The notes beneath the pieces are model-generated. The model saw nothing but the letters and a program-made list of their open reading frames with translations. It ran no database searches and was not told where the DNA came from. A stretch of DNA of 64,000 bases from Obrimoposthia wandeli (lineage: Eukaryota). The position numbers were made by a program, and so were the translations under genes. The stretch covers positions 496,001 to 560,000 of the forward strand of contig CDROCS010000740.1 in the NCBI GenBank assembly GCA_977020255.1, in the 5' to 3' direction. Shown here in pieces: positions 35,601-48,400 of the stretch (position 1 is its first letter; every line of letters begins with the position of its first letter).

Positions 35601-38600
35601 TGCTGCGAGTTTGTGACACACATGGTTATAAATACATGTGTATCGACATTGATGTCCGTCTTTCAACATTTTCTACCAGAATTACCTAAATAAAGTCAAG
35701 GGAAGATAATATTTAATAAATATCGAGTACTTTAAGTAGTCAAGTGACTTTTTTTATTTTCAACACCATTTTTTTAGATAACTAATAAGATAAGTTGTAC
35801 TTTAATTTTTGTTACTTTAAACAATGAGTAATCATATAAATAAATAATTTGTTTCAAGAAATATCTACTATTCAAAAACTAGAATATCACCAAAACGTGA
35901 ATTCAATGTAGCGTGAGAGATTTATATGATGACTTTAATCAGAAATTGGCGCATCTTCAAATTCTCTGTCGCTTTTCAACATTGATTGAATCAAAATTGC
36001 TTTGTGACCTTATCAAAATCTTATTTGCCATCATAATAAATTCGAAAGTTTCATTTTCAATTTAAATTGGAGTATGAATAATAAAAAGAACAAACTTTTT
36101 TTTTTCATTCCAAAATTTTTAGAATTATCTAAATAAAATTGCATTTTAATATCCCAACGCAAAGTTGAAATAATGTTTTTTGGATTTGTTTTGCATACTT
36201 GTTTCGACAAAATATTAAATTAACATTCTGCCTTAAAAGTTAAATGACTTAGAAAGCGATTTGAATCTTTCCTTACGACAAGCTGGAATATTTGGCTTAC
36301 GTTTGCAACAATGTAATCTTCTAGAAACCGCTACAACCATTTATGTTGTCATAACATATAGTGTATATCTTAAATTGATATTTTGTATACGAAAATATGT
36401 TGCTGGCCAGGTCGATATCTCAAATCCTTACAAGAGAGATTTGTTTCAAGTGAAATTTTCGTAATGAGCTAACACAATTAGACTCAAAAATTATCCTTAC
36501 AAATAGTTTCAATTAAATGAAAATGCCAATTATATTTTGACACCTTAAATCAGCGGTTTCCAAAGTGTGGAGTGCGACCCCCAACGGGGCAACTGATTTC
36601 CAAAAGGGTCGCGTTAAAAGATCTTTCAATAATTCAAAGAGTAAGCTTCTATAATTTTACGAAGCTATTTTTTAAGTTAGAAATTTGTTTATTAAAAAAA
36701 GCCTTTGAATTAATAAATATAATTGTGTTACTATTTTTTTAAAGGGGGTGCTAAAGTTTTCCCTTTTTGCGGGGGCGCCTTTCAAAAAGTTTGGAAACCA
36801 CTGCTTTAAATAGATATTGTTCAAAGTGTAATATTTTGAAAGAAAGTCGAATTTTGTAGCCACCAAGTTTCAGGATTATCTTGAAATAATTTCGAGATAA
36901 CTGAAATTTAGATTATAATTGTATATGAATGATACACCAGACACAACTGCGAATAGTTCAATCTTAGTTATTATTCATACATTTTGAAGCTTATATTTAA
37001 AACAGTGTTAAAATAGAGAGGAACTTTTAGTACCAATTTGATTGATATTTAATTTTTTAATTAGTGTAATTCGAGATTATCTTTTATGTAAATAAAAAGA
37101 TAATTTTTGTAAATTAATGTCATTACCAATTTTTTATTTCATGTCTGCATTTATGAATTCAAATTATCCACTTTAATTAACTTTATTAATTAATATGGGT
37201 ATGTGTCATTCACTGTTAGAATAGTTATTTAACATTAATTACATCGATTACTCACTTTTAAATTTGTATTATTTGAGTTTTTATGCCTTAATTTGTTAAA
37301 ATATATTATATACATATATGTAGCCGGAAAATATATTGGTTTAATTTTACAAAATTCGATATATTTTTATTTCATGAAAGATTCACTAAATAATTCGAAT
37401 TCTAATAAATAAAAAGTTGTATTTCCCTAATTTATTCAAAAATAACTAATTTATGCTTCAAAATGATTATTTAAACTCATATTACTAAATGGTTTTTAAA
37501 ATTTAGGCAGTATTCGACAGTATTCCTTACTTTTAAATTTGGCGCTAAAAACTCACAAAAATAATTAAGTATTATTAAATTAATTTATTCAAAGAAGTAA
37601 AAACTTTATTTTTGAATGTTTACTACTTATTTTTATCTTAATTTTATGTGTAAAATCATTAAAAAACGTTTAGATCTTTTTGGAATACATTTTTGTATGA
37701 TAATAATCCATATGCATTAAAATAGTCATGTTTTTTTAATTATTGTTTTTAATCATTTTAATTTGTCAATATGGCGCTTGAATATATAACCACTGAAAAG
37801 TGGACGAAGAAGGCGATATATATTTGCAAAACATTGAAAGACATGGCTCTTAGTCATGTAGAAATGTTTTGTAAATGTCATCGGCCTATGAAATTGTTCT
37901 GTAGGGGTTCGAAAGACCTGTGTTTATGGAAGTGTACAATAGGTCACGAATTATCCCCGTGGCATAGAACCTGGTTTGATGGATACTACTTAATGTATCA
38001 ACATGTTATGAATGGTACATTTTATTGGCTCCATGACGTGTATCAAGCACAAACATCACGGATAATGGAGCTAAATTTAAAAACGACACCAAAAGAAGAT
38101 TTACTTCTAACTTTTATGCAATCGACCGTCGAATGCGTGGACTGCTTTGGCTTACAATGATGTATAAAATTTATATGTTTCTCATAAAATATTAATACTA
38201 TCTTTATGCGTTATCTCTAAATATAGAAATTTATATTAAATATATATATTTATTTTAAATTTATGCCGATATTATAATTAATGCTTACAATTTAAATAAA
38301 CAATTATATTTCAAATTATTAAATAATAAAATAGGTGACCTATTTCATTTTATTTCAATTAAAAAATTAAAATTCACTGAGGAATACTTCGAATACTGCC
38401 AAAATTTATATTCAAAATTTTCTTGATTTAATTATAAATAAATTGTCCTATTCAAACAAACATAAATTATACAAATTTTTTTAAATCAATTGATGTTAAA
38501 TACTGTATCAAAATAGTTCTGTGACATAATTTTTTTCCCACGTGTTAAAATTTTTAAATGTCATGAAATATTAATTTTACAAACTTGAAAATTAAAATTT

Positions 38601-41600
38601 TTCATGTTTTGAAATTGGTAACTTCATCTTTAGAAATAATTTACGTGAACGTGGTTAGGCTGTTTTTTATTTCAAATTTGCATAAAACCAAACCCATATA
38701 ATGTTATGACGTGTCGGATCGTACTTAAGTCGCACTAATCACCCCACGGCGGGTTAGAGTCAATATGTACTGTGACCCTGACGTAGCACTAGCCGGTGTC
38801 TGCATCACTACAAAGTTCGACTATTTATGGCCATTTACATGTTTGATACTTGTACTTCAACTAAAAATCATCATTGTCAAGATAATTGTATTAAAGTTGC
38901 AATTTATTATGTTTTACAATTGTGTAAGCGTATTTGTTAAATCCACTCAACTATTTTTATTTATCTATAACTAACGTTCAACAGAATGTTATATTTGTAA
39001 TAATGTAATATATGTATATATATATAATTGAATCATTTACAATTTTGATAGTTTAACATAATAATTTGTTATACAATATTATCAACTAGTATTGATTCAA
39101 TTTAAAAATTGTTGTAATTTTAAAATTGAATTTATTAGTAATTATTTTGCATTTTTCTTAGATCATGATAATTTGTTTTGCTATTTCATTCAATTACCAA
39201 ATCCCAAAATCAGGTAACTACATTTATATTAAAGTACAAATTTAAGTCCATTTCTATACAAAGATTTTAATTGGCAAAAATGTGGCATTTTGTTCAATTC
39301 GACAGTATGTGTGCGGATACATTTAATTTGAAATACTTGAGAAATAACTGACCCAGAATATGGGTACACACATACACATTGGTATTTCTCGATATGTTGC
39401 ATCACTGAAATTCGATGACTAATATGACTTTTCTCCTGTAATGGGTAAGAAAAATTTCAACATACAGTCATAGTTCAATAAAGATGGTCTTTACTTCGTA
39501 TTTTGGATTTTGTTTGGCTCAGAAACTTGTCTATATGAAAATTAAGTAAGGATGCAATTCAAACAACAAAATCACGCGAGTTTCTGTTTGTAGGATTAAT
39601 GTATTTTATGACATTATTAAACTGTGTTTAAGAATTTTGAAATTGGTTCCAATTGAGATTTCATTGGATAAACAAAACAATTTTCATCGTTCATTTTAGT
39701 TGTAATATTTTCACTGTCTGAATGGAATGACTAATAACTGAGATTAATAAATTGTGTCAATGTCTAATGAGTATTTCAGTTGTATTTTTATTCAAGAACT
39801 TTAAGCAATATAAACTTAATTTTTATAAATTATAATTGTAGTTTAGTGTTCAGTTCGAATTTTAATGCATTTGTAAATTGTTTTTTATCTAGTTATACAT
39901 AGTTTTTAAGTTATTATACTATGTGAAAATATCAGAAGTAATTTAATGAAGTTGTCAGAACTACAAAATTATGGTAAATATAATAAAGAAATATTTTAAT
40001 TTTAAATATGTCAGCAAATATGAACATATTTTAATGCCTGGATATCTCACTTGAACTGTTGTTATATTTTCACAGCATAGAAACCATTTCTAGTGGCTTG
40101 ATTATAACGTTTGTTTAGTAAGTCGAATTAGGTGATAGAAATAGCACTAATCTGTCGCTTAGTCAGTCGAATTCAGAGCACAGTGAATTGGCACCGGTTT
40201 TAGTAATTAATTGCCAATCAATCAGCACTTATTGTGTCGATATGAATATAGTGACTATGCATCATCGCCACCATAATGATCTATTAATAACAAAACATTT
40301 ATAACACTGTCAGCGATAGAACGAGAATCACACGCAGAATCGTATATATGTTCTGAAAGTTCTGTAGTTAGCCAAATTGCTAATTGGCATACGAGTCACG
40401 TGAAGCTGCTTTTTCAGTTGTGAAAGATACAGATGCTTCAAATATCGACTAGCACAGATTGTAGACATTTCTTAGCGATAAATTTTAATAATAACTAAAC
40501 TATGTATCAGCTTTAGTAGTTTGGGAACTCTAGCTGATATTTCAAGATATTGTTTTTAATGTGGCAATCCAAAACTTCTAAAATGTAGATGAATATTGTT
40601 TTTTATTTAAATATAAATGTAAATGCTATAAAGTCACAATATTTGTTTGGTGTTACACTTCATTATTTTACCTTTATTTATTATTGACTATTTTACCCTA
40701 TTATCTCTATTTTTATTGAATACAAAACTTCTTAAACGTTTATCATATATTTACATTTGTACAATGTACATTGGTTATGAACACAAATAATCGGAAACAT
40801 ACAATGTTGTAGTTAAATATATTTGTCTTGATTATCGATCATACCTTTCAGATTCAGTTAGATCTTTTAAAAATGAACTTATCATGAGATTAAGCAATTG
40901 TTACACATAATAAAGTAAACTGAAATCTGTGATGTCTGGAAATTTTTAATGAATATTTCGCTGTATTTAATTTAAAAATTCATATTTTAATTAACAATTA
41001 GACAAAACATTCTACTTTAGCCCTTTGATTACTGAATTATGAAAACGATCTGAACTAGTATTTCCTTCATACTATTACACATTAATACAAATGGCAGATT
41101 AAAACAAACCATCAAGTTTGGATTAAGTAGAACACGTTAGATAGCGAATTTACACTTTCCAATTTATTTGCCTAATAGGGAGTCAGCTCATTATGTATCG
41201 CCATATATAGTTAATCAGGAATGAAATGCTTAATTAAATTTGTAAACAAATAAACTCAGGCTATGCAGTACAAAATGTAGTGTGTATGCAAAACGGTACC
41301 TCACCCATAACAAGGTTGTATCATATGTCGCCTAGGTTATTTTTGACGGCCATGTCGCTCTGTGCAGATCTGCCTTCACACCCACCAGTGGTAACCGGTC
41401 TCGCTGCTCCTCCACGACGGAAGCTGCAATGCCTGTGGCGCGCCCCAGTCCACCCAACAGCAGCTCAGACTACTCCATATCGCCGCCCGACCTCGACAAC
41501 GCCAGCCCCAGCCACACACAGAACATGAACCAACATCAGCAACAACAGCAACTCAGTCATCGTCTCCCACAACAGCCAAGCAGCATCCGACCCGCATCAG

Positions 41601-44600
41601 ACAGCAGCAGTGGATTCCACGACCTCTCTTCCCAGCAGTCTTCATCACTGTTGTTGCTGGCCGACTGTGCGCTCTCCTCGGACATGACCATAGCATCTTC
41701 CGCTGACAGTGACAATTCACCCGATTACCACTGCTCACAGGTGTGTTCTTGTCATATCCGTAAATCAATGTATAAGGAAGTTTAGGATAATTTATTTTAC
41801 ACAATAAATATGAACAGTCGTGAGCCAAGACAAGTTATAATCTTCTAAAGTTAATAGTTATTTACTGAAAATAAATTTTAGTAGAAAAATTGAAAATTAC
41901 TTACTCCCATTTCAATCTGTATTTATATTTGTGCTAATTTTTCGGTTTGTTACTGTACTGTTTTATAAGGTAACGTATTTCTTTAATATCGGAATCTAAT
42001 GATGGCACATTCAAAAATTGCTTTTTGGCATTTCTGAGATTAGAATTTAATGAAACTCGATTTTTGTAGGTCTCATATTCTGTATTCTCAGTTTTCATTT
42101 CTAGTGTTCATATAATTGTTCTTTCAATATTAATAATTCCTTCAAATAAAAGAGTTTCTCATACACTGCATATCTGAACAATAAGAAGAAATTTGAACTC
42201 AATTCTAGTTTTGATCTATAACCGATGCATTTGTATGACAATGTGTTTTATTGTCCCTCTTTTTTGGTTCAAATACTAATCTGGTATCTTATAGGATGAC
42301 TTGGAGGTGACTCAATTTTTATTCGATAAATATTAAAGCAGTCAAATTTGAACTTATTATTGATTCATGTGCAAAAAGTATTATAAAACAATTGATATTT
42401 TGTAAAATAAACATCAGAAATTAAACGTTAGTATTTTAAGCATCACTGTTTATTTTTTAACGTATATGTTTATTGTGTACCATATAATTCTTCGTTAAAT
42501 AAATTGTAAACAAAACTGTCAGAATTATATTCAAATTAAAGAAAAGTGCTAGTGAACATTTAATGAACTTTCATTTGCTACTGATATATGCCAAAATTTA
42601 ATCTAAGATTCTACTGATAATCAAAAAAGTATTCTCACAAAACACAAATATTTATATGATATTCTCGAGTCTGGTGCCGTGAGCATGTATATAGAACAAC
42701 GATGATGACTGCAGACTGGTTAAAAAATTCTCAAATAACAAACAGAGTGAAGGAATATTGGAAATGTATGATCCGAATCTTTACAACAATTTACCGATAA
42801 ATTTAAGAAACTGTAAAAATGTTGAAAATTGCAAGAAATAGGTGAAAATATTATGAAGGATAATATTTTGCTAAGAAAACAAGGACTGCTTTTTAGTATT
42901 ACATCGTAGATTTATTACATATATTAGCATAGTATTTTTAATTTAATAACACTCTAAAAATATAAATAATTTTGATCGTTTGTGATTTAAATTGAGAAAA
43001 TATACAATTAGTGTAAATAGAGGGCTTTTCTACAAAATAATTGGACATTTTCATACTATGATTTAAGGAATTATGAGGAAAGGTTGTCGGACAGGTCATG
43101 TCCTTAATAAACTAACTATCGTGCCTGAGCAGTTTATCGTGCCAACCGCAGACAGTTTGGCACTAACAACAATCACGATTGCTTCAGCCACATCCTCAGA
43201 TGTCATTGACCTCTCACTCAACCTACATAGTTAGTCTGTGTTGTGCTCCGGATACACCGAAGGGAATTTTTCCCCACGCGATACATACACACACTCGAGG
43301 AGACTAGCTCATGGATGTACAGAGAAACTCTTCTTGCTACTGTGTTTGTGTGCAGTAGCATTCCTATGTCACAGCATACGTGTGTCATCTGTCTATAAAT
43401 TAATGCTGGCCTTGATTATTTTTATTTAGCTCACCTGCATGCCAAAATTTGCTCTAATTCACCCCTCTTACTCTGTCCGACTGACTTTCTGTGTGTGTCT
43501 GATTGTAAGCGACTGTGTGTATCAGTGTCCTATGTTATGGGTTTGCCAAATGCTGCTACGAGTGTCTGTATGTGCTTGTCTGCTGACTATCTATGATGCA
43601 GACTGAAAAACTTGGCAAGCAAATATCGTCAGGTCACTGACGTACTGTTACTTCTGCCGTTGGTGACTGTGACAGACAACAGTGGATTTTAGAGAATCGG
43701 TGTACGCATGGAAACAACATTTTGTTGGCCAGCTAACATACTTATAGTACATTGTATGACATTTTAATTTTGAAGGGATATTTCACATTTCTAGAAATTA
43801 TTTGTATTAGTTTTCTTAACTACACGCGCTTTTTGTCATAATTATTATTTACTTAATGTAAATTGAAGTATTACCCACCCATTCGAGTTATAATTTTGAA
43901 TTACAAGAGTGTGTGGCAAACGGGTAATTCAAAATTTACAAGTATGGAGCAGTAGTTTTGTGTTAAGTAAGGTACTGAATTTTATTTAGCAACTTATTGT
44001 TATTAATATGACTAGGAACAATTGTTTAAACAAATCATTGAAAACAATTTGTGTGAAAACTAAGAAAATAGGCAAATGATAAAGAAAAACGACTGCAATG
44101 AAAGAAAAAACATCAAACGAAATTATATATGAATGCTTAGATTTTCTACGATCTTTTAGAATATAAATCGTTTTAATTTTATTATCATTTTTGAGATCGA
44201 GTGGTTATGACGAAATGAACAACTTCTGGAATTATGAACAGCACAAACCCCATAAAATATGCTAACAAATATGAGGACGCCTCACATGGGTTTCTAGAAT
44301 TTGAAAAAGAGAAGTAATGTAACAATTTGATGTTTTTAAATGTAAATGATATTTATTTGTTTATCAGACAAATTTAAAGAAGAGTTTTTTCTTCATATTT
44401 TTAGAGTAGTAAATTTAATTATATAGTAAACTAGCACTTTACTATGAACTTAAAAATACTAGAAAACAGTTGTCACATGACATGCTGTTAAATAAAACTA
44501 TATATACAGTAGAACGTCCAAAATAAGTCTGTTAACGGGACTAGAAAAATAGCCCAATTCTGCAGGTCTCCTGGATGGGCTATGAAATTCATTGTGAACC

Positions 44601-47521
44601 TTTGAGATAGTTTTCCAGTTTAGAACTGAGTTTTAATAGATTATATTCTAAACAAACCCAAAATCTTAAAAATAAGGTAAATATAAAAGTATAAGTATTT
44701 GATTATTTCGCTAATTTCATATAAATACAAAAAAATTATTTACACTTTTAACTTTTTTTTTGTTAATTGCACGTTAATTAATCATTGTTTGAATACTGCT
44801 AATATATCATAGAAGTGTGTCATATCGATGCCTTTTTAGATTGAGGTTGTGTCATATCGATGTTGTGTCTTATCGAATTCATGTCATATCGAATTCATGT
44901 CATATCGAATTCATGTCATATCGAATTCATGTCATATCGAGGTTGTGTCATATCGAATTCATGTCATATCGAGGTTGTGTCATATCGAATTCATGTCATA
45001 TCGAGGTTGTGTCATATCGAATTTATGTCATATCCAGGGTGTGTCATATCGAGGTTGTGTCATATCCAGGGTGTGTCATATCGAGGTTGTGTCATATCCA
45101 GGGTGTGTAATACCATGGTGAGTGTCATATCGATCTTTTTTTAGATTGAGGTTGTGGCATATTGAATTCATGTCATATCGAGATCGTGTCATTTCGATGT
45201 TGTATCATATCGATGTTGTGTCTTATCGAGGTTGTGTCATATCGAGGTTGTGTCATATCTATGTTGTGTCATATCGAGGGTGTGTCATATCGAGGTTGTG
45301 TCATATCCAGAGTGAGTCACATACAGAGTGTGTAATATCAATGTTGTGTCATATCGAGGGTGTGTCATATCGAGGTTGTGTCATATCGAGGGTGTGTCAT
45401 ATCCAGAGTGTGTCATATCCAGAGTGTGTCATATCCAGAGTGTGTCATATTCAGAGTGTGTCATATCGATGTTTTTTTCATATTGAGGTTGCTTCATATC
45501 ACGGTTGTGTCATATTTTGGTTATGTTATATCATGTTTGTGCTATATTGAGGTGTTATATCGAGACTGTATCAGTGTGTGATGCAGTGTGCTAGAACTTG
45601 AACGGGTCTCAAGTGAGAACCACTACCCGTACAGAGTCAACAACCCTGCTTCCAGGAGTGCTGTGAGGTTACTATTACGCCTCTGCAGCAGCGCTGCCAC
45701 TCTCAGCCTTCAGATGAGAGTGCGGTACGTGGCCACTGCAATCGCCGGCAGCAATCACGTCGCATCATTGGCACCCCGGTTGTGGAGACCACTATGTCTG
45801 CAGCCGCTGGCACCCATCACAGACCCGATCCACTGCCAATTCGTGCCTCCACACAAACTCGCTGCAAGCGTCGCTATCCCTCCGACACGCAGATCCCAGA
45901 GTTCGGGACTGATTGCAGGAGTCAGGTGAGGCTATCTTGAGATCAATGTATTTCAATGTCAGAGACTTAGCAATAAGAATTGTGCTGTTTATTTTCAAAC
46001 GCTAACATGTGCCATTGTCTGACGTTTGTGACCGTGTTGCAGGCAGGAGCAGGCGGCGCCAACTGCTGTGTGTGCTGCAAGCCGAGACGAGGCCCCTGCT
46101 CCAGCAGTGCAGACAACAGCCCCAGTGCCCTAACTGGAGGCTGCCACAGTGGTCAGCGCCGCGACTGCTTCTTCTTCAATAACAATCGCAACTACCAAGT
46201 CAGTCTGCCACGGATCGCCAGCAGTCCACCACCCCAGTCTTTCGCCAGTGTCGCGACATCGTATGCCTTTAGCAGTGGGGGCAGTTCTGGTCGCAGACAG
46301 AGGATTGGCTCCAACTCCAGCAGCCACTCCACATCCACAACTGTGGATGCCAACACGCCCACAGTTGTCCCGTCTGCCGTAGCCCCACAGACGCCATCCT
46401 GTGCCAGGTCACAGACCGATGGTGACTTGGTGAGTGCCTTTTATGCTTATCTCCATTTTGTTGGTATAGGTTTGTCCCATTTTAATTTACTTGTATGAAA
46501 CTTGAAGAAAATCGATTTTTGCTATCTACTCTATTTAAATAATTATCACAAACTAAGATATTGAGTTGTTACTTGTTATTAATCGTTAATGTATCTACAA
46601 GCGATGGAGTTCATCTAGTGCTAAGAACAACAATGTATTACTGCTTCATGCGAGTCTTAAATCCGTCTGATATTTGTAAGAGAATGTGCCAGATACTCGG
46701 AGAGAATAGTGAGTATGACAACGTGCCAAAATTGACTAAATAAGTGTAGAAATGCTTTAGAAAAAACCCAATAAATGGATGGTTTGAACTTAAAACCACC
46801 AGAAACCGCTTTTACTATTTTATTAATTTTTAGCAAATAAAAAAGTTATTTTTACTAAAGAAATATTTATACAAAAATGGGTATATACGTATAAAAGAAG
46901 CTTATAATATTTGTGGATGAATAAATTTAACAAAAAATGTAAATTACACTTTGTATTTTGTCTTATTTTCACTAGTTTATTTATTTAAGTGTACACTATG
47001 GTGTAGTACATAATTATTAAAATGCCACAACATGCTACATATTAGCTTAGGTTGTCTTACCATTGATAAGGGACGTATTAAAATGTATACGAGAAGAGTT
47101 TTTGTTGTTTTATTCATTGTCATCAATCAACAATTTATAGTTATAAGAGCCAAACTACAGCCAAAATCAGATGTTTTTTAAATAGCGAAGAGACAAATTG
47201 ACAGCTTTTGCGAGTTGTTCCTTTAAAAGACCCGAAATCGGCTAAGGGTTACCAGATAACGATGGTTGCTGCTTGTCGCAGATGGACACCGATCAGCCGG
47301 AGTCGCCGCTGGTGGCCGTACCGGTGCTGCAGCTGTCCATGACAATCGGGACCGCTGCGCTGCGTGATCCTGGAGACCCCCCGGAGATCATGACGTTGAT
47401 GGGGCCGCCCTCATTCGTCAGCAGCGACAGCGGCAGCAGCACCACGGACGACTACGATAACCACTACCAACATCAACCGTCTTTCCAGCCACTGGACATT
47501 GACCAGATCGAGCTAGACTGA
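32609..47521 (+). CDS. FAM53: FAM53-family nuclear protein, 7 coding exons: 32609-32746, 32936-32966, 33063-33396, 41368-41740, 45635-45925, 46043-46429, 47282-47521 (about 597 aa)
   Basis: All introns are GT..AG and the phases chain without error (0,1,2,0,0,0). Motifs occur in FAM53 order: MSMLADQMQLSCLND (compare MVTLITEKLQSQSLDD), PSKRKCHSVS (PTKRHCRSLS), FSLPRA, RPASDSSSGFHD (RPSSASGGFVD), QRCHSQPS (RCRSQPC), RCKRR, and terminal LDIDQIELD* (LDIEQIEKN*). The RPSLDF motif was not seen. Confidence 0.8.
33972..35268 (+). mobile_element. Tc1/mariner superfamily DD37D (maT) transposon, full length 1297 bp
   Basis: TA TSD on both sides. 25-bp TIRs CAGGGTGCGGAGAAAGT(T/C)CCCGATC match at 24 of 25 positions. 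Lies in FAM53 intron 3. Confidence 0.97.
34130..35157 (+). CDS. DD37D transposase with one late frameshift
   Basis: ATG at 34130 (MSKREAIIQL); HTH; FSDEK; FQQDGAPSH then 37 residues to SPDLNPLD. A probable 1-bp deletion near 35048 shifts off the expected end AKIPQESFRAAV..IEAKGGHIEKKIV* (stop 35155-35157). Confidence 0.9.
36551..36803. mobile_element. hAT (Charlie-type) MITE, 253 bp
   Basis: TIRs CAGCGGTTTCCAAA and TTTGGAAACCACTG. 8-bp TSD CCTTAAAT and CTTTAAAT (7 of 8 match). Confidence 0.88.
37506..38400 (+). mobile_element. Merlin (IS1016-like) deletion derivative, 895 bp
   Basis: TIRs GGCAGTATTCGA(C)AGTATTCCT and a perfect 8-bp TSD AAAATTTA (37498-37505, 38401-38408). ORF 37771-38160 has the Merlin N-terminal zinc region CKCHRPMKL..LWKC..SPWHRTWF..YW but no DDE core. 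Confidence 0.88.
42770..42870 (+). mobile_element. LINE ORF2 3' end fragment
   Basis: YNNLPINLRNCKNVE; the nucleotide sequence resembles the reverse complement of 4990-5040. Confidence 0.5.
44817..45530 (+). repeat. 16-bp minisatellite (GAGGTTGTGTCATATC / GAATTCATGTCATATC) in two related blocks
   Basis: Period 16 (GAATTC at 44875 and 44891). Blocks restart at about 44817 and 45122 with the same GTGTCATATCGAT..TTTTTAGATTGAGGTTGTG leader. Confidence 0.95.
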
Positions 47522-48239
47522 CCGACCATTGCATTTATAACACACGCGCACACTCACGCCTCTGTACATTTATACCCTGACCCAGCTCCAATTCAATATT
47601 TACAGCTGATTTGTGGTCTCTAAACTTTATTTTACCTTTGATAATTGTAGAAATGCATTTATAAAGTTTCCTATCTTCTAAATTTATATTTTGTATCATC
47701 CTTCATATTTCCTTTTGAAGTATTTTCTACAATTACTTCCTAGAACAATAGCTGTAGCTGCTATTTTGAGGTGCACTTTTGATTTTGACGTTGGAGGGCA
47801 TGGCTTCAGAGAATGTAGCGGTAGAGGTTTCTTGCATTCGGTTACCCGTTGTTAGATAGATATTTATAATGCTAATATTTATAGTTCTGGACAAATTGTG
47901 TTTGAAAATAATTAAATATTCAAAGAGTAATAGAAGGAAATTAAGAAAATGAAGGCTATAAAGCAAAGGATAATTTAGAATTTCATTCAGAAATTCAACT
48001 AGGCAAGGAACCCCAAAAGTCATCATTAAGTGAACATAGTCAGAGAAAGGGTTGGGAGACAGAATCACTAGCAGAAACCGCATAAGAGGTCATGACAGTG
48101 GAGAGGCAAAGCAAACGGCATTCTCATTCGTGGATAATCGAGAAGATCCATAAACGAAAGGATACACAAATTTTCGAGACGACAAGTAGACAATATAAAT
48201 TTCAAACCGATGCGGAGAATGAACTATGACTCCAGCACG

Positions 48240-48400
48240 CAATTCTGATGAGACACCGTAAGTCAACATAACCTTAACTATTAAACTAATCTTTAACTTA
48301 TTATTCTCTGGTTCTCTCCCAGATAAAGTAAATCTTGAAAATGTAACTTTAAATTTTCGTATCCGGGATGGTCCTTGCCATAATTTCAAGTAACCTACCA
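48240..48400 (+). mobile_element. Possible LINE ORF1 (gag-like) remnant
   Basis: LLFSGSLPDKVNLENVTLNFRIR resembles the LTF.G..LP.KV.+G...F.VR segment of I/Jockey-group ORF1. The match is short. Confidence 0.35.

Noticed and set aside
44817-45581. Several overlapping ORFs (MSYRC.., CHIEFMSYR..)
   Set aside because: They are translations of the 16-bp satellite in all three frames.
45588-45929. ORF MLELERVSSEN.. as the coding frame
   Set aside because: Splice phase and FAM53 motifs support a different frame starting at 45635 (SQQPCFQ..RCHSQPS).
48245-48275. CTGATGA-GAC(ACCGTAA)GTC-AAC, a hammerhead-like core
   Set aside because: The GAAA half of the core is missing and no stems I or III can be formed. 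Probably chance.
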